Below are positions 39,584 to 52,741 of a stretch of 64,000 bases of DNA, piece after piece. A model generated the notes under the pieces. That model saw nothing but the letters and a program-made list of their open reading frames with translations. It did no database searches and was not told the DNA's origin. Source of the stretch: Chiloscyllium plagiosum (lineage: Eukaryota); assembly GCF_004010195.1 (NCBI RefSeq), contig NC_057753.1, positions 6,375,277 through 6,439,276 on the forward strand, read 5' to 3'. Made by a program: the position numbers and the translations under genes. How positions within the stretch are numbered: the stretch's first letter is position 1; every line of letters begins with the position of its first letter.

Positions 39584-40409
39584 AATTTGTTTGTTCATTA
39601 ATAAATGTGTTAACTAATGTCAACAAATATGTCATTGTGCTCTTTAGTTGTTTTCTGAACTTAGATTGAGTTACCAGGTAAATGTATTTGTTTGTGCAAC
39701 AAAGGTTTCAAAGTTTTCAAACAAATAAGCAGACGGGCAGTGTAATAAATCACCAACACTGAAAAACAATGTAGTTGACCCAGATGTATGAAGCTGCTAG
39801 AAATGGTGAAGAGCAAAATGTTCGACTTCATTCTGCTCTCAGTTCCAGAGTCGCCCTTGCTGTGGCGTTTGAATTGTTTATAGATTCAACTGACCACTAA
39901 AATATTACTCACTGTCTCACAATTTAGAATTAGAATCAACCCAAATGGCATCAAAGGTGTGAAAACGTTTTCAAACGACCGAAATCCAATGCATCTTGAA
40001 TCAGTAAAATGGCTTGGTTTAATCGTATAGCGCCAAGGTGTGTTATTAACTATGTTCCTAGTTTAAAACTAAAGTGTATTTTTTTTTTTCAAGGAGGGGT
40101 AGAATCCCTGTTGTTAGGAGAATCACTGTTGCTGTTTTTTTGGAGCAATATTCCGATTTCAGACTTAGGCACCAAATGATAATAAAACAATCGAAAGTGA
40201 AAGCGACTGTGAACCAGGCAAAACAGTGTGTGGCTGCACGGAGCAGAACACAGTAAATACTGAAGGCAGGACTTATATCCAAAAAAAATTAATGGCAAAT
40301 AATAATCATCGGTAGGGTTCAATAGGACGTAAATCCCCCAGATAGCGAGTGGTTCAGGTGGATAGCTCACAGTTTTCCCGGGTAAAGATCGAAACTGAAG
40401 TTAAATTCA
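39582..40409 (-). pseudogene. Exon 2 of GPR139-like copy B, decayed pseudogene
   Basis: Minus strand acceptor ttttcctgtctctctttcAG|TG AAT, then NLTSVSIFTRENCELST*TTRYL, deletion of most of TM2, AWFTVAFTFDCF, KPSHFTDSRCIGFRSFENVFTPLMPFGLILILN, CCTNKYIYLVTQSKFRKQLK. Multiple stops and frameshifts. Confidence 0.88.
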
Positions 40410-40845
40410 CTGAAAGAGAGACAGGAAAACGCATTTGGCAATTTATAAAATACACTTTCTGTTTCTGACAATCCGGTAAGAATATTACCTCCAGAGATAT
40501 ATGCATTTGGTATCATCACAGACTTCAAAGAAACGGAGAGGAAGTTAACTGTAACACAATGTAAAATGGATTCCCAACTGCTGGCAAGAATTCTCCGTTT
40601 CAAAACATCATGGACTTAATTTCCATAGACGTCTGTGTTGTTATTACGGCAATAACTCCAATCTGACCAAAAACTACGCATGTCCAAGGTAAGAAGCTTG
40701 GAATGGCATCCAATGTCAGCTTGCTCCTGTGCAGCATGGCAACAGGTTTAACATTTATGCAAGAACTCTAAATATCATTAATCCTTCATGTTCTCTTGAT
40801 CAATTCTAGTACTACTGGCATGATGTCATACAACATCGCATTTAG

Positions 40846-41138
40846 GTTAGATTACTTACAATGTGGAAACAGGCCCTTCGGTGCAACAAGCTCACAATGA
40901 CACTGCCCACCCAGTCCCACTCCCCTACATTTACCCCTTCACCTAACACTATGGGCAATTTAACATGGCCAATTCACCTATCCTGCACATTCTTGGACTG
41001 TGGGAGGAAACCAGATCACCCGGAGGAAACCCACGCAGAGACGGGGGGAATGTGCAAACTCAGACAGCTGCCTGAGGGGGGAATTGAACGCGGGTCTCGA
41101 GCGCTGTCAGGCAGCAGTGCTAACCACTGTGCTGCCCA
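40846..41138 (-). mobile_element. HE1-like SINE
   Basis: GGTTAGATTACTTAC tail through CTAACCACTGTGCTGCCC head. Confidence 0.85.
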
Positions 41139-41357
41139 TTAGCTTTGGTTTCCATACTAATATTTGAAGCCAAATCATTGAATATAAACTTTCTTTACAA
41201 GAATGATATTACAACAGAATAATTTCAGATTTCAGTGCATAAGTAACAAGTTGTGACTCTATTCAATGGACTATGAATGCAGAGGAAATACCCAACATGA
41301 GGTTCCTGCAACAGGAGATGTGAAGGAGATGCATTCTATTCTCAGTTCTCCAATAGT

Positions 41358-41581
41358 AAATTCTGGATTAGTGGTGCTGGAAGTGTACAGCAGTTCAGAG
41401 AAATTCAAGGATCAGCGAAATCGACGTTTCGGGCAAAAGCCCTTCATCAGGAATCCTGATGATGGGCTTTTGCCTGAAACGTTGATTTAGGTGCTCCTTG
41501 GATGCTGTCTGAACTGCAGTGCTCTTCCAGCACCACTAATCCAGAATTTGGTTTCCAGCATCTGCAGTCATTGTTTTTACC
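41358..41581. mobile_element. Palindromic Penelope-terminus-derived element with two inverted hammerhead motifs
   Basis: Arms AAATTCTGGATTAGTGGTGCTGGAAG and CTTCCAGCACCACTAATCCAGAATTT; centre GACGTTTCGGGCAAAAGCCCTTCATCAG-GAATC-CTGATGATGGGCTTTTGCCTGAAACGTT. Confidence 0.8.
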
Positions 41582-41844
41582 CTCTCCAAAAGTAAAGTTC
41601 ACTGTTTTAAATTGGAAAATAACATGATATATTAATGAATTGTTAGGCTATACCAGAGGGTTTACTTCATTGAATTACTAGCGTGTAGAACAGTTGAGAT
41701 CACAATATTGTGTGAGGGAGAAGATAAAGTTGGCAACAGTGACTGGGCATGCTTGCTGCCTTAGGTGAACTGGAATGAACGGAAACTTTCATGGATCAGG
41801 CTGTCTGATGTAACTGCATTAGGCCAAATGTTTCATCCAATAGA

Positions 41845-42187
41845 ATCGGGTTCCTACAACGTGGAAATCGTCCCTTTCGTCCATCAACTCCACACCAACC
41901 ACCCGAAGAGTAAAACACGCAGACGCATTCCCCTACCCTATATTTAACCCTGACTAATGCACCTGACGTACACATCCCTGACATTATGGGTATTTTAACA
42001 TGGCCAGAACACCTAACCTGCACATCGTTTCATCGTGGGAACAAAATCGGACCACGTGAATGAAACTCAAGCAGGTACGTGGAAAATGTACAACCTCCAC
42101 ACAGGCAATCACCCGAGGCCGGAATGAAAACCGTGTCCCTGTCGCTGTCAGGTAGCAGTGCCAATCATAGAAACATCGTGCCACCCC
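41845..42187 (-). mobile_element. HE1-like SINE
   Basis: CACCTAACCTGCACATC and CTCCACACAGGCAATCACCCGAGGCCGGAATGAA motifs. Confidence 0.75.
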
Positions 42188-42945
42188 GTTTTCAAAGTTC
42201 GCCATTTTGACTTCAGCGTAAATAACATTTAGTATTTGTACTTTTGCACAGTAATAAATGTGCATTAAATATAATAATACACTTAAGATCTATTGGTCCT
42301 CAGGATAAAGGGATGTTCCACATTATTGCAGTTTATCCGTGGGAGAGCAGTAATCATTTCAGACGTACTTGAAAAACAAAAACGATGCATGCTGGACATC
42401 CAAAATAAAACCAGAAATTTCTGGATAAGCTGATCAAATCCAGCAGCATCTCTGGAGACAAAATGGAGTTAAGTTGAAGTGAAACGTTAACTGCTCAAAT
42501 TCTGCCAGTCCTCCTCAGATTTTCCAGAAAGGTCCATTTTTGTTTTGTAATGACTTATCTTGGAATGAATGCTGTTCCTCCTCAACAAAGATCTATATTT
42601 CACAAAGTGCAACGGTTTGAAAACTGAAGATGAATGGAAGAAATAAATAGTTGCTATAACAGGCTTATATTGCACACTCATTTGATTTCTATCCAGTTAA
42701 TACAGAGTTTCTCTAGAAGTTTAAACTATCTAATGACACAAGTAAAAAAAAATTATGAAGCGGAAGGAGGCTATTCTGACCATAATGTGTATGTGTCTGC
42801 TTTCAAATAAAAATGTTTACGGATACCATGTCCACCCACCTGGTTCCTGTTACAAACAAGCGACTAGCTTGTAAGGTTATGAACCTGAGAGCTATACGCA
42901 GCTCATGAATAAAACTAAAGGGTTTTATTTACTTCAAAAACTTGC

Positions 42946-43012
42946 CAGGACCTCCAATGATGGCAAGCATCGGATGGTATATTTTCCTTAACGTTTGAAA
43001 TGATGATACTAT
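42946..43012 (-). pseudogene. Exon 1 (67 nt) of GPR139-like copy B, start codon ATA, GC donor
   Basis: Minus strand reads ATA GTA TCA TCA TTT CAA ACG TTA AGG AAA ATA TAC CAT CCG ATG CTT GCC ATC ATT GGA GGT CCT G|GCAAGT = (M/I)VSSFQTLRKIYHPMLAIIGGP; same length and phase as exon 1 of copy C. Confidence 0.8.
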
Positions 43013-43067
43013 TTTTTGTGTGCAGTATCGTATCCTTGCCTTCTCTGGACAATGTTTTGAATTAAGC

Positions 43068-43103
43068 TCTGAGCTAATGCATTCGTATTGTGTTGCCTTT
43101 ATA
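43068..43103 (-). promoter_or_regulatory. Putative core promoter relic of copy B (TATA plus Inr-like CTCAGA)
   Basis: Minus strand TATAAAG at 43103-43097 and CTCAGA at 43073-43068; TATA is 91 nt from the former start codon. Confidence 0.5.
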
Positions 43104-44569
43104 TATTATGCAATAATATCATGAGACTCTTTTTTTTTTTACAAAATTATTCAGAATTTTGTTTTTATTATACTTTGAACAAGCAGTTTATTGATGACGA
43201 CTTAAATCCCAGCAGTGGGAATTAATTCCATTAACAGTGGAGTCATCGTGATGTGAATTAAGTCACTTCTAAGTGTCACAAATCTATTTGAAATAAGCAA
43301 CCAGGGACGCTGTGATACTGAGCACAGTCAGAAGGAAGTGTACAAAAAATAAGAAAATACACAAAAAAAGCCATCAACTGGTAAGGCGTGCGTTCAGGAA
43401 AGCTTTTCCCACATCGGTGAAAACGCACAGGAATGACACAATGGTGGCCTTGTGTGTTACTTTCAACGTTTTGTTTTGTGTGCTATTTCCTCACATTAAA
43501 GCAGAACTATCGTACATTGAGAGTTCTCGAAAATACCAAAATACCTAACTCATGGTACTAAACCATTCTGTTGCGTACGGAGTTTAATAAATGAATGGTT
43601 ATGCTGATGGAAAGTTAGGAGTGAAAATAAACGTTATATCCAGTTTAGAGTGACGCTGTTCTCGAAGGATCTGCATGGTTTTTAAACGCACCTTCCCAAA
43701 AACTTTTACAAAAACCGAGCTGACATGTTTTCATTCATTTTATTTTTATTCTTTCATCAATTTTGCTTTGGAGCTGAAGATAACTCGCAGGCTTTGGAAT
43801 ACAACTTGGGAACAGAATAGACCAAACTAGCTTCTGTTTGTTGAGATGAAGAGTCAGGAGGATAATTGCAGACAGAGTCTTGACCAGAAGCCTTCCTTTC
43901 GACACAGCAAACCCAGGAAGAGCATTGTTTTTAAACGGAGTGCAGAGGTTAATAATGATTTTTTTAATCTATTAAGCGATCAAGGAGGTCAGTATCAGAT
44001 TTGTGAAAATGCGGAAGTCATCCTATATTCAAACTGATGGAAGATACTGAATGTGAATCGAGTCCTTGGAAAAATACACGTCATCGTTGTGGATGCAACC
44101 AGAAATCAGTGTTTGAGAAGTGTTATGAGGAAGTATCACTCGACGTGAAACATGAACTCAGATTTCTGTCCACAGGTGTTATCAGACATGCTGTACATTT
44201 CTTAACAATTTTTGTTTTTGTAACCGATTTATAGCATCCACAGTTTTTTTTCGGTGTTTATTTAGTATTTAACTCACTTCTCGTCTAGGCATGCTCACCT
44301 TGAACAAGTTCTCTTCCTCTCTCAGAAGGGACACCCACTCCAGTCTTTGTTCTGTGAAACGGTAGATTCTGAGCAAAGGCCAGAAACGTTGACTCTGATT
44401 TCTGTCCACATGCTGCCAGACGTTCCGAACTATTCCAGGCATTTATATTTTTGTATCTCATTTGCAACATCTGCAGATATTTCAGTTTTCTCACCAGACC
44501 AGAAGTTAAATTATCAACTATTAATTCTGCATTCAGTCTTCGATGTCGTGCCAATCCATGAAACCAATC

Positions 44570-47500
44570 TGAAGCCTATCTATCCTACACTATTCTATTT
44601 TCATCCATATGTCTTTTCAGTAATCATTTAAATGCACATATATTTGGCGAGTCTACTACACTTGCAAAAAGTGCGTTCCACACCTTTACAACTCTCTGAG
44701 TAAAGACAATACTTCTGACATCTGTCCGACATCTACCACCCTCAAATGCAAGTTACGTTCCCTTGTGCTTGCCACCACTATCCGATGAAAAAGGCTCTCA
44801 CTGTCGACTATATCTAATCATCTGATTATATTGAATGTCTCAATTAAGTCACCTCTCAACCTTCTTTTCTCTAAAGAAAACAGTCTCAAGTCCCTCAGCC
44901 ATTCCTCATGAGGCCTTCCCTCCATACCAGGAAACATCCAAGTAAATGTCCTCAGGTCCCACTCAAAACGTCCACACTCTTCTTATAATGCAGTAAACAG
45001 AACTGTGTGCAATAATCAAAGTTCGGCCGCACCAGAGTTTTGTACAGGTGCAACATGACCTCGTGACTCCGGAACTCAATCCCTCTACCAAGAAAACCTA
45101 AGACCCGTTTGCCATCTAACAACGTCCTCAAATGGGGTGGCAACTTTCAGGAATCAGTGCACATAGACACAGATCTCTCTGCTCACCTACACTACCAAGA
45201 ATCCTGACAATCGCCCAGGACTCATTTTTGTTGTTGCTCCTTCGAAATTGAATCACCTCACACTTTTCCGCATTAAATTCCATTTGCCAAATCTCAGCCC
45301 GACTCTGCAACTTATTTATGTCTCTCTGTTACCTACAACATCCAACTGCACAACCCACAAATTTTAGTGTAATTCGCAAATTTATTATACCATCCTTCTA
45401 CGCTCTCATCTAGGTCATTAATAAGAATGACAAACAGCAGTAGCCTCAAAACAGACCCTTGCGGTACACCACTAGTAACTGAACTCCAGAAGGATCATTT
45501 CTCATCAACCAACACCCTCTGTTTTCTTTCCACGCACCAACTTCTGATCCAACCCGCTAAATCATCCTCAATCCCATGCCTCTTTATTTTGTGTAATAAC
45601 CGACAGTGTGGAACCTTATCAAACGCCTTACTGAAATCCATACACTTCACATCAACTGCTTTATCCTTATCCACTTGTTTGGTCACCATCTCAAAGAACT
45701 CAAGAAGATTTGTGAGGCACGGCGTACCATTCAAAAACCGGTGTTGAGTACCCTTAATCAAAGTCATAGAGTCATAGGGTCAGAGATGTGCAGCTTGGAA
45801 ATAGACCCTTCGGTTCAACCCGTCCATGACATTCCAACCCAACCTAGTCCCACTTGCCAGCACCCGGCCCATATCCCTCCAAACCCTTCCTAATCATATA
45901 CCCATTCAAATGCCTCTTACATGTATTCCTGCCCAGATGACAGCAAATCGTATTTGTTATTAACCTTTCCAACACTTCACCCATGAAAGAAATGAGGCTC
46001 ACTGGTCTCTAAATACCAGGGTTATCTCGATTTCTCTCTTGAACAAAGCGAAAACCTTTGCTATGCTCCAGTCTTCTGGCACTATTTGTGTAGACACTGA
46101 CGACATGAAGATCATAGATAAAGGCTCTGCTATGTCGTTCCTGCCTTCCCATGAACTCCTCGGATAAATTCCCATTCGGTCCAAGGGACTTATCTGCTTC
46201 CACAACTTCCAGAACTGCTGGCACCACCTCCTTGCAAACCTCAATCCTGTCGCGTCCAGTAGACTGTATCTCAGTATTCTCCTCAACAAAATTGTCTTTT
46301 TTCCAGTCTGAATTCTGACGAGAAGTATTGATATAGCGCTTCCCCTATCTCCTCGGACTCCACGCACAACTTCCCACTACTCTCCATGATTGACCCTAAT
46401 CTTTCACGAGTTTATCCCTGATGTACTGATAGAAAGCTTAAGGGCTTTCTTGATGTTCCCTGCCAACTACTTCTCCTGTCCCTTCCTGGTTCTCTTTACC
46501 ATTCACTTTAGGTCTTTAATAACTAACTTGTAACTCGATGAGTCCTAACTGAGCCTTCACGTCTCATCCTAATGTAAGCCTTCTTCTTCCTCTTAACAAG
46601 AGATTCAACTTATTTTTTAAACCATGGCTTCCTTGATTGATCACTTCCTCACTGCCTGACAGATACATCGTTCTTAAGAGCATGCAATTGATGTTCCTGG
46701 AATTGTCTCCACATTTCAATTGTTCCCATCTCCTGCCATTTCCTTCCCCATCCGATGTATCCTAAGTATGGCATGATCGTAATATAATTGCCAGTATTTC
46801 AGTAATAACTCTTACCCTGTGTTATATACCTATCCAATTCCATCGTGAAAGTAAACATAACCGGTTTGTAGGCGCTATTTCTAAAGTGCTTACCTATCTC
46901 CAAACCTTGCAGCTGGCCAGGTTTATTATACAGTACAAAATACAATGTGATCTCACCCCTTGTTGGGTTTTCTACATATTGTGTCTGGAGAACATCCTGC
47001 ACACATTGGACAAAAATTGACCCATCCAATGTACTCGAACTATTTCATTTCCAGTCAATATTCGGAAAGTTAACGCCCCCCGTAACACCACACCTGTTAC
47101 TCTCACTCCTATCCAAAACAATCTTTTCTATAAATTTCTCGATTTTTCTGGAACTATTCGGAACCCTGTCAAATATTCTCAACAGTGTGAACTCTACTTT
47201 CGTGTTTCAAACCTCAACCCATACTGCCTCAAACGTCCTTTCTGCTACTGTAATATTGTTCTTGACTAACAATGCCACACCTCCCCTTCTTTTATCATTT
47301 TTTTCAGTTCTAACTGAAACATCCTAAATCCCGGAATCTGCAACAGCCTTTCCCGTCCCTGGTCTATCCATGTCTTTGAAACGGCCACAACATTGAAGTC
47401 CCAGATACCAAACCATGCTGCGAGTTCACCCACTTTATTCTGGATGTTCCTGGTGTTCAGGCAAGCACATTTCAAACCAACTTCCTGCTTGCCAGTGTAA

Positions 47501-47940
47501 TCTTGCGACCATTAAACAATATTTCCAACCTCACTACTCTCAACCTCCTGGACGCTGGAGCTCCAATTTAGTTTCCTATTCCCCTGCTGAGCTAGTTTAA
47601 ACTGTCTATGAACAGAATGAGCAAATTTACCCCCAGGATATTGGCATCCCTCTGTTTTAGGTGTAGATTATCCTGTTTGTAGAGTTCCCACGTACCCGAC
47701 AATGAGGCCCAATTATCCACGAACCTGGAATTCTCCCTCCTAGCACCATCCCTGTAGCCACAGGTTCAACTCCTGTTTTCTTCCCTATACCTCGCCTCGC
47801 TTACATGTGGCACGGGGAAAAAAAATAACAGCTCTGGTGCTTCTAGTACGAAGCTTCCAATCTAACACTTTGAATTTCTTCCTTAAGTTCCCATTCCATT
47901 TCCTACCTATGCTGTTAGGGAATATCTAATCCACGACTTG
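44570..47940 (-). mobile_element. Long CR1 LINE (ORF1 end, APE endonuclease, RT), decayed, with a short CR1 3' end inserted at about 45763-45925
   Basis: CACLNTRNIQNKVGEL...VAVSKTW, LQTQYVENPTRGE, CLTNLLEFF...MDFSKAFDKVPH, WQMEFNAEKC on the minus strand. Confidence 0.9.
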
Positions 47941-48752
47941 CAGCTAACGATTCAAACGAAAGTTGCCTTATATGCCGTGATGTGGAATTGACAGTGTTTG
48001 ACCGGTGTCCACAAAGTCAGAAGTTCGCCACACCAATTGATAGTACAGCAGATTAATTCAACATCACAAGCTTTCAAAATACTTCTTCACCCGAAAACAC
48101 AACAGGATTTGTACTCTCAAACAATAGAACAGTGAATTTGAGGTTTTATCACCTATACCTTTGTAAATATAGAATGTGACCCTGATCATTCTTTCCACAG
48201 AATTTTGACAGGAAGTCCACAATTAGGTCAGTGAAATAACACATTGTGGGACCCAATTAAGTAACTGGCCAGATTTTGATTTTTTTTCTTTTTCTCTTCA
48301 ACGTGTTTGTTTCCCTTTTGTATGAATGATGACTGAATTTATTGGCTTAACGCCTAGGCGTTAATTAGATTAAATTCGATGTACTAAATACTTTGTTGAA
48401 GATAGAAAACAGATGTCTATGTTTAATTAATCGCAATAACTGGAATGAATTGTGCGGAAGTCTGGTGATAAATCATTGGAGTAACTATAGTGCGTCTTCT
48501 AAGGGTCTGAATTTCGTGATCTGCAAGTGCAGAGTTAGGAAGGGTGGTGTGCTTCTCTCTCTGTGACATGGAAACATCTTGTGCTCTGATAAGCCTACTC
48601 CAGGGATTTCTACTCTCCAATTCCATCTGATGGCTAATTGAATTTCAGCAACATGCAATTAAAAATTCATAACTTGTTTTCATAAACTCCGGAAAACAAA
48701 ATGTGAAAACGAAATTCAAACGAAAAGCTAACCCCCAGGAGCTCCACAGTGC

Positions 48753-48788
48753 TATAAAAGATAATGCGTTGGAAAGTACAAACTCAGA
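48753..48788 (+). promoter_or_regulatory. Putative core promoter of copy C (TATA box plus Inr-like CTCAGA)
   Basis: TATAAAA at 48753-48759 and CTCAGA at 48783-48788; TATA is 93 nt upstream of the ATG; same spacing as in copy B. Confidence 0.55.
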
Positions 48789-48845
48789 TTTCTGTTTAGT
48801 ATCATTACATGCATCACAGACAGACAACCAGGTTTCACACATACA

Positions 48846-48912
48846 ATGCATGGTTCACTTTTATTTGCCAGGAAAATATATTACACGATCCTTGCTGTCG
48901 TTGGTGTTTCAG
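48846..48912 (+). CDS. Exon 1 (67 nt) of GPR139-like copy C, encoding MHGSLLFARKIYYTILAVVGVS
   Basis: ATG at 48846, TM1-like IYYTILAVVGV, consensus donor G|GTAAGT at 48912/48913; phase 1 matches the acceptor at 52740-52741. Confidence 0.85.
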
Positions 48913-49829
48913 GTAAGTGTCTATAAGCTTTAAAACTGCATCATTCTCTGTGCATGCTCTGTTGTCATTTAAACATTACATGGGATTTTTTTTGTTCCGA
49001 ATTGGACAGATATACATTAACAAAATTGAGTTGTTATTTCAAGAAATCAACGTCTCTGACAACCGACTTAACGATTTTCCCAGTCATTGTTAGCGTACAG
49101 ACACTATAGTTAACAATTATGTTATTCACTGTAATGATGCTTCATGTTCAAACAAACCTCAAAACAGGAAAATGTCTGAAGTGTACATGTCTTAGAGCAT
49201 TTCTAAACGTAGGATTATCCTGGGTGTGCTCGCTGAATGTTTTCGAAAACATGATACAACGTTTCATGTATTACTCGGTATCCTGTCATACTGGAATAAT
49301 GCTGAGTGTAATAAACTTTTTACAGTCGTCCACGGATCACAATTACCATGCATCTCCTCGAGTATCAATTATTCGAGTTCAATACTTGGACAATCTTGTC
49401 TTCTTATTCCTGTTTCGATTAATAACATAAATTTCTTGTAGCAATTAACTAATTTCCCAAATTTGGTCCGAAAAACAGCTAAGTCAGTTGTTCGAATGAA
49501 CAATTCATTTCCATATCGTCAAAAAGATATTGTTGATTGGACCTACTCCAATTGTTTAACAGAAAATTACTATGACAAATAAAATGGGGATGTCTATTTA
49601 TCTGGGGTATGTTTGTTCCCCATACTTGCTTCTACTTGCAAGTGTGTTGATTATTGACTTCCTCCAATACATTTTGTTTTTAAGTATTACTCAGTTCTAG
49701 GACATGCAAGTCGCTGGCTGTTTCAGCATTTGTGGCCCATTCCTCGTTACGCTTTAGAATATGTTGGGGAGGGTCCTTCTTAGAACACTGCAGTGCATAT
49801 GTTGTAGATAGACACATAATGTCACAGAA

Positions 49830-50178
49830 GAATAGAATTCCTAGAGTGCGAAAGCAGACCATTTGGCCGATCAAGTCCAAACCATTCCTCTGAAGAGCAT
49901 ACCTACCAAACCCACCGCATCCTTGTAACGCTACACTTTCTGTGGTCAATCCACCTAAACTGCACATCTTTGGAAACTATGGGCAATTGATCATGGCAAA
50001 TCCGACGAACCTGCACGTCTTTTTGATTTTGCGTAGAAACCAGGGTACCTGCAGGAAACCCAAACAGACACGGGGAGAAATGAGCTCTCTCTACACAGAC
50101 AGTAAAGTGAGGGTGGAATCAAACTCGGGATCCCCACACTGAGAGGCAGCATTGCGAACATGTGATCCACCGAACCAC
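49830..50178 (-). mobile_element. HE1-like SINE
   Basis: CCACCTAAACTGCACATCTTTGG and GGTGGAATCAAACTCGGG motifs. Confidence 0.7.
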
Positions 50179-51517
50179 CAATTTTGCTCAAATATTTTCC
50201 AGCATAAATATGCCAAGTGTTACAAATCACACATTTTGAATATTGGGCAGAGATTTTAAACAGAAAAGTTGAATTATATTTTCAGAAGCACAAATTGATT
50301 TGTATTCCAATTCGATGACCAAGGTAGCGTGGGAGAGGTCTCTCAGACACTTTCTCTCCCCCAGTAAACTGCAGAATATTGGTACATACCGCGTTGTAAT
50401 GGTTACATACAACGTTTTTAAAATCAGTGTTTTCCATCGCCACTCTGGCTAACACATCCAGTACTGCGAATATACGATCAACTATGCATATATTCATAAT
50501 TAACTGTAGGTCCTCCCATTATCTTGTGATATTTTTCCGAAGGCCATTAGCTATTCGTGAGCTCGAACAACGTATTTATTGATCATATTCCAATAATGGC
50601 TGTTTTGACTCTTTCCAGCCACATGGTTCGCATACTTGCTTATTTATAATGAATTTTCTAATAATATTACGCAATTCGTATTCCATGCTGAATTTGTACG
50701 AAGTTCAGAAAAGGATGTTAATTTCTACTAAATGTGATAAAGTTGTCAATGTCAGCTCTAGTAGGTAAACTCTTCAGAATTTAAACATTGTTCCAACTAA
50801 TGCTAAAATTCTGTGACAACGTTGTTAAGTTGGAGAGCATCTTTATTCTTACACGATTTTGAAAAGTGAAGTAACAACAGTCTGTCTGTCCAGCAGCTGC
50901 CATTCGCAACTTCTTTTATTTGCATGCTGTAAAATTGTTTCATGGAGAAGTTAATTCTCGAATAGGTCTTATTGTGATTACTTTAAATATGTTTCAAACC
51001 TGCACGTTCTACTAAATAAGATAGCATTCGTTCAAATTCCACTTTTGGCGATGAAATGTAATCACTTTTCCAGCTCTAACAAATCATTCAAGTAAGCTTA
51101 CTTGGATTGTCTAAAGTTCTCTGGGCTTGAACTCCTTATTAACCGTGCCTTCTATTTTATCTGAACCATTCTCCCCTTGTTTCTTAGACTGTGCGTTAGG
51201 ACGGATAATAAGCAATTGTTTAGTTTTATAAGTCATGTGACCCAGTTTTAAAGTTGTTTCAGCATCCCGTTGTTACGTTATTATTTATGTCTTTGTTCTC
51301 TTTTACAATTCTTTTTTCCTCAATAGTCTTTCGTTGTTCTAATGTCGCTGCTGATGGAGTGGAACTGTCTCTATTCTGCCTACAGCAATGTAGTTAAAGG
51401 AAATCTAGTTCGATATATTAATGTTCGTTCGTCAGCTGCATTTATAATTTTAACATGCCCATATATGTGTGCTGTGTATGTTGTGAAAAAAGGCTTCCTG
51501 TAAAGTGGATCAAGCTT

Positions 51518-51915
51518 TCATAGAGTCATAGATCTTAGCGCTGGTCCGTCTGAGTTGTTGGAGTCATCGAGATGTACTGCACAAACACAGACCCTTCTGT
51601 CCAACTTGTTCATGTCGACCAGATATCCCAGCCTAACTTAGTCCCACCTGCCAGCACCCGGCCTATATCCCTCCAAAACCTTCCTCTTTGTGTGCCTTTT
51701 AAATGTTGCAATTGTACGAACTTCCACCACTTTCTCTGGCAGCTCATTTCATACATGTACCATACTCTGCATGAAAATAGTTGCCCTTTAGATCACTTTT
51801 GTATCTTTCCCCACTCACCCTATCCCTATGCCCTCTCGTTCTGGACTCCCCCACATCATGGAAAGTACTTTGTCTGTTTATCCTATACATGCCCCTCATG
51901 ATGTTATAAACATTA
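51518..51915 (-). mobile_element. CR1 3' end fragment in the intron of copy C
   Basis: CATAGAGTCATAG tail and reverse complement of the same 3' UTR as 39250-39583. Confidence 0.8.
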
Positions 51916-52741
51916 CCTTTTCTTTCTAAAATTAAAAGCAGAAGTTTCTAATCAGACAATTTCCATTGGATCTGCAGTTTGTCTTCAGTGAGGAGGAGGT
52001 TTATCGTTTGCATTCTACACCATCTTAATGAGACTATAGTATAATTCTCAAAGGCATTTAATTACCTGTCAGTGACAGTCACGATTTGAGCTGTACGAAA
52101 CGCTGCATAAGCTCCAGCTGTAACGTTTGCCATTTCGTATCTTTTTTTTTATAAAAGCCATTTGTCACACTCTGTCATGGACAGCGGCAATAATGTCAGT
52201 AAACTATTCTCTAACTTTCGAGTCTCTCTGTAGATCTATTCACTTCCGTTTCCTATTAGCATAACATTTCCAGGCGTTTTTTAGTATTCCTCTTGAGGAA
52301 ATTGTTGATTTGACGACATTTACATCACCTTAAACTGTGGTTATTTTAAATTTAATTTAAAAACTTTGTGCAGTTCAGACTACGTAATATATTCGCTTGA
52401 AAACATATGGTGGCTGATGGTTTCCTATTCCTATTCCAGATGTGTTTGCATTCCAATGCCAGATCTTTCATCAGAAGCATTTGGGACATACTAAAAGGTT
52501 TCACGTCAATGTGCACTGCATTTGTGTAGTAAAAATGTCATGTCTGATGGTCTAATTGCCATGAATCGTATGATTCACATTCCAATCGGGTACATTAATC
52601 ATTCTGACTAAAGTAGCATGCATGCTGAAATAATACTTGAGGGTTTTTTTATTCTGATCAGAGTCGTCCGTAAATGTCTGATTTAAGGAATAATTATTCA
52701 CAATAATTTTGGATGTTTCTTTCCATCTTTCCACAACGTAG

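Noticed and set aside
44120..44480. Further GAAAC-containing Penelope-like termini near 44130 and 44370 (also about 4630, 42400 and 48070)
   Set aside because: Cores too degenerate to call as hammerheads.
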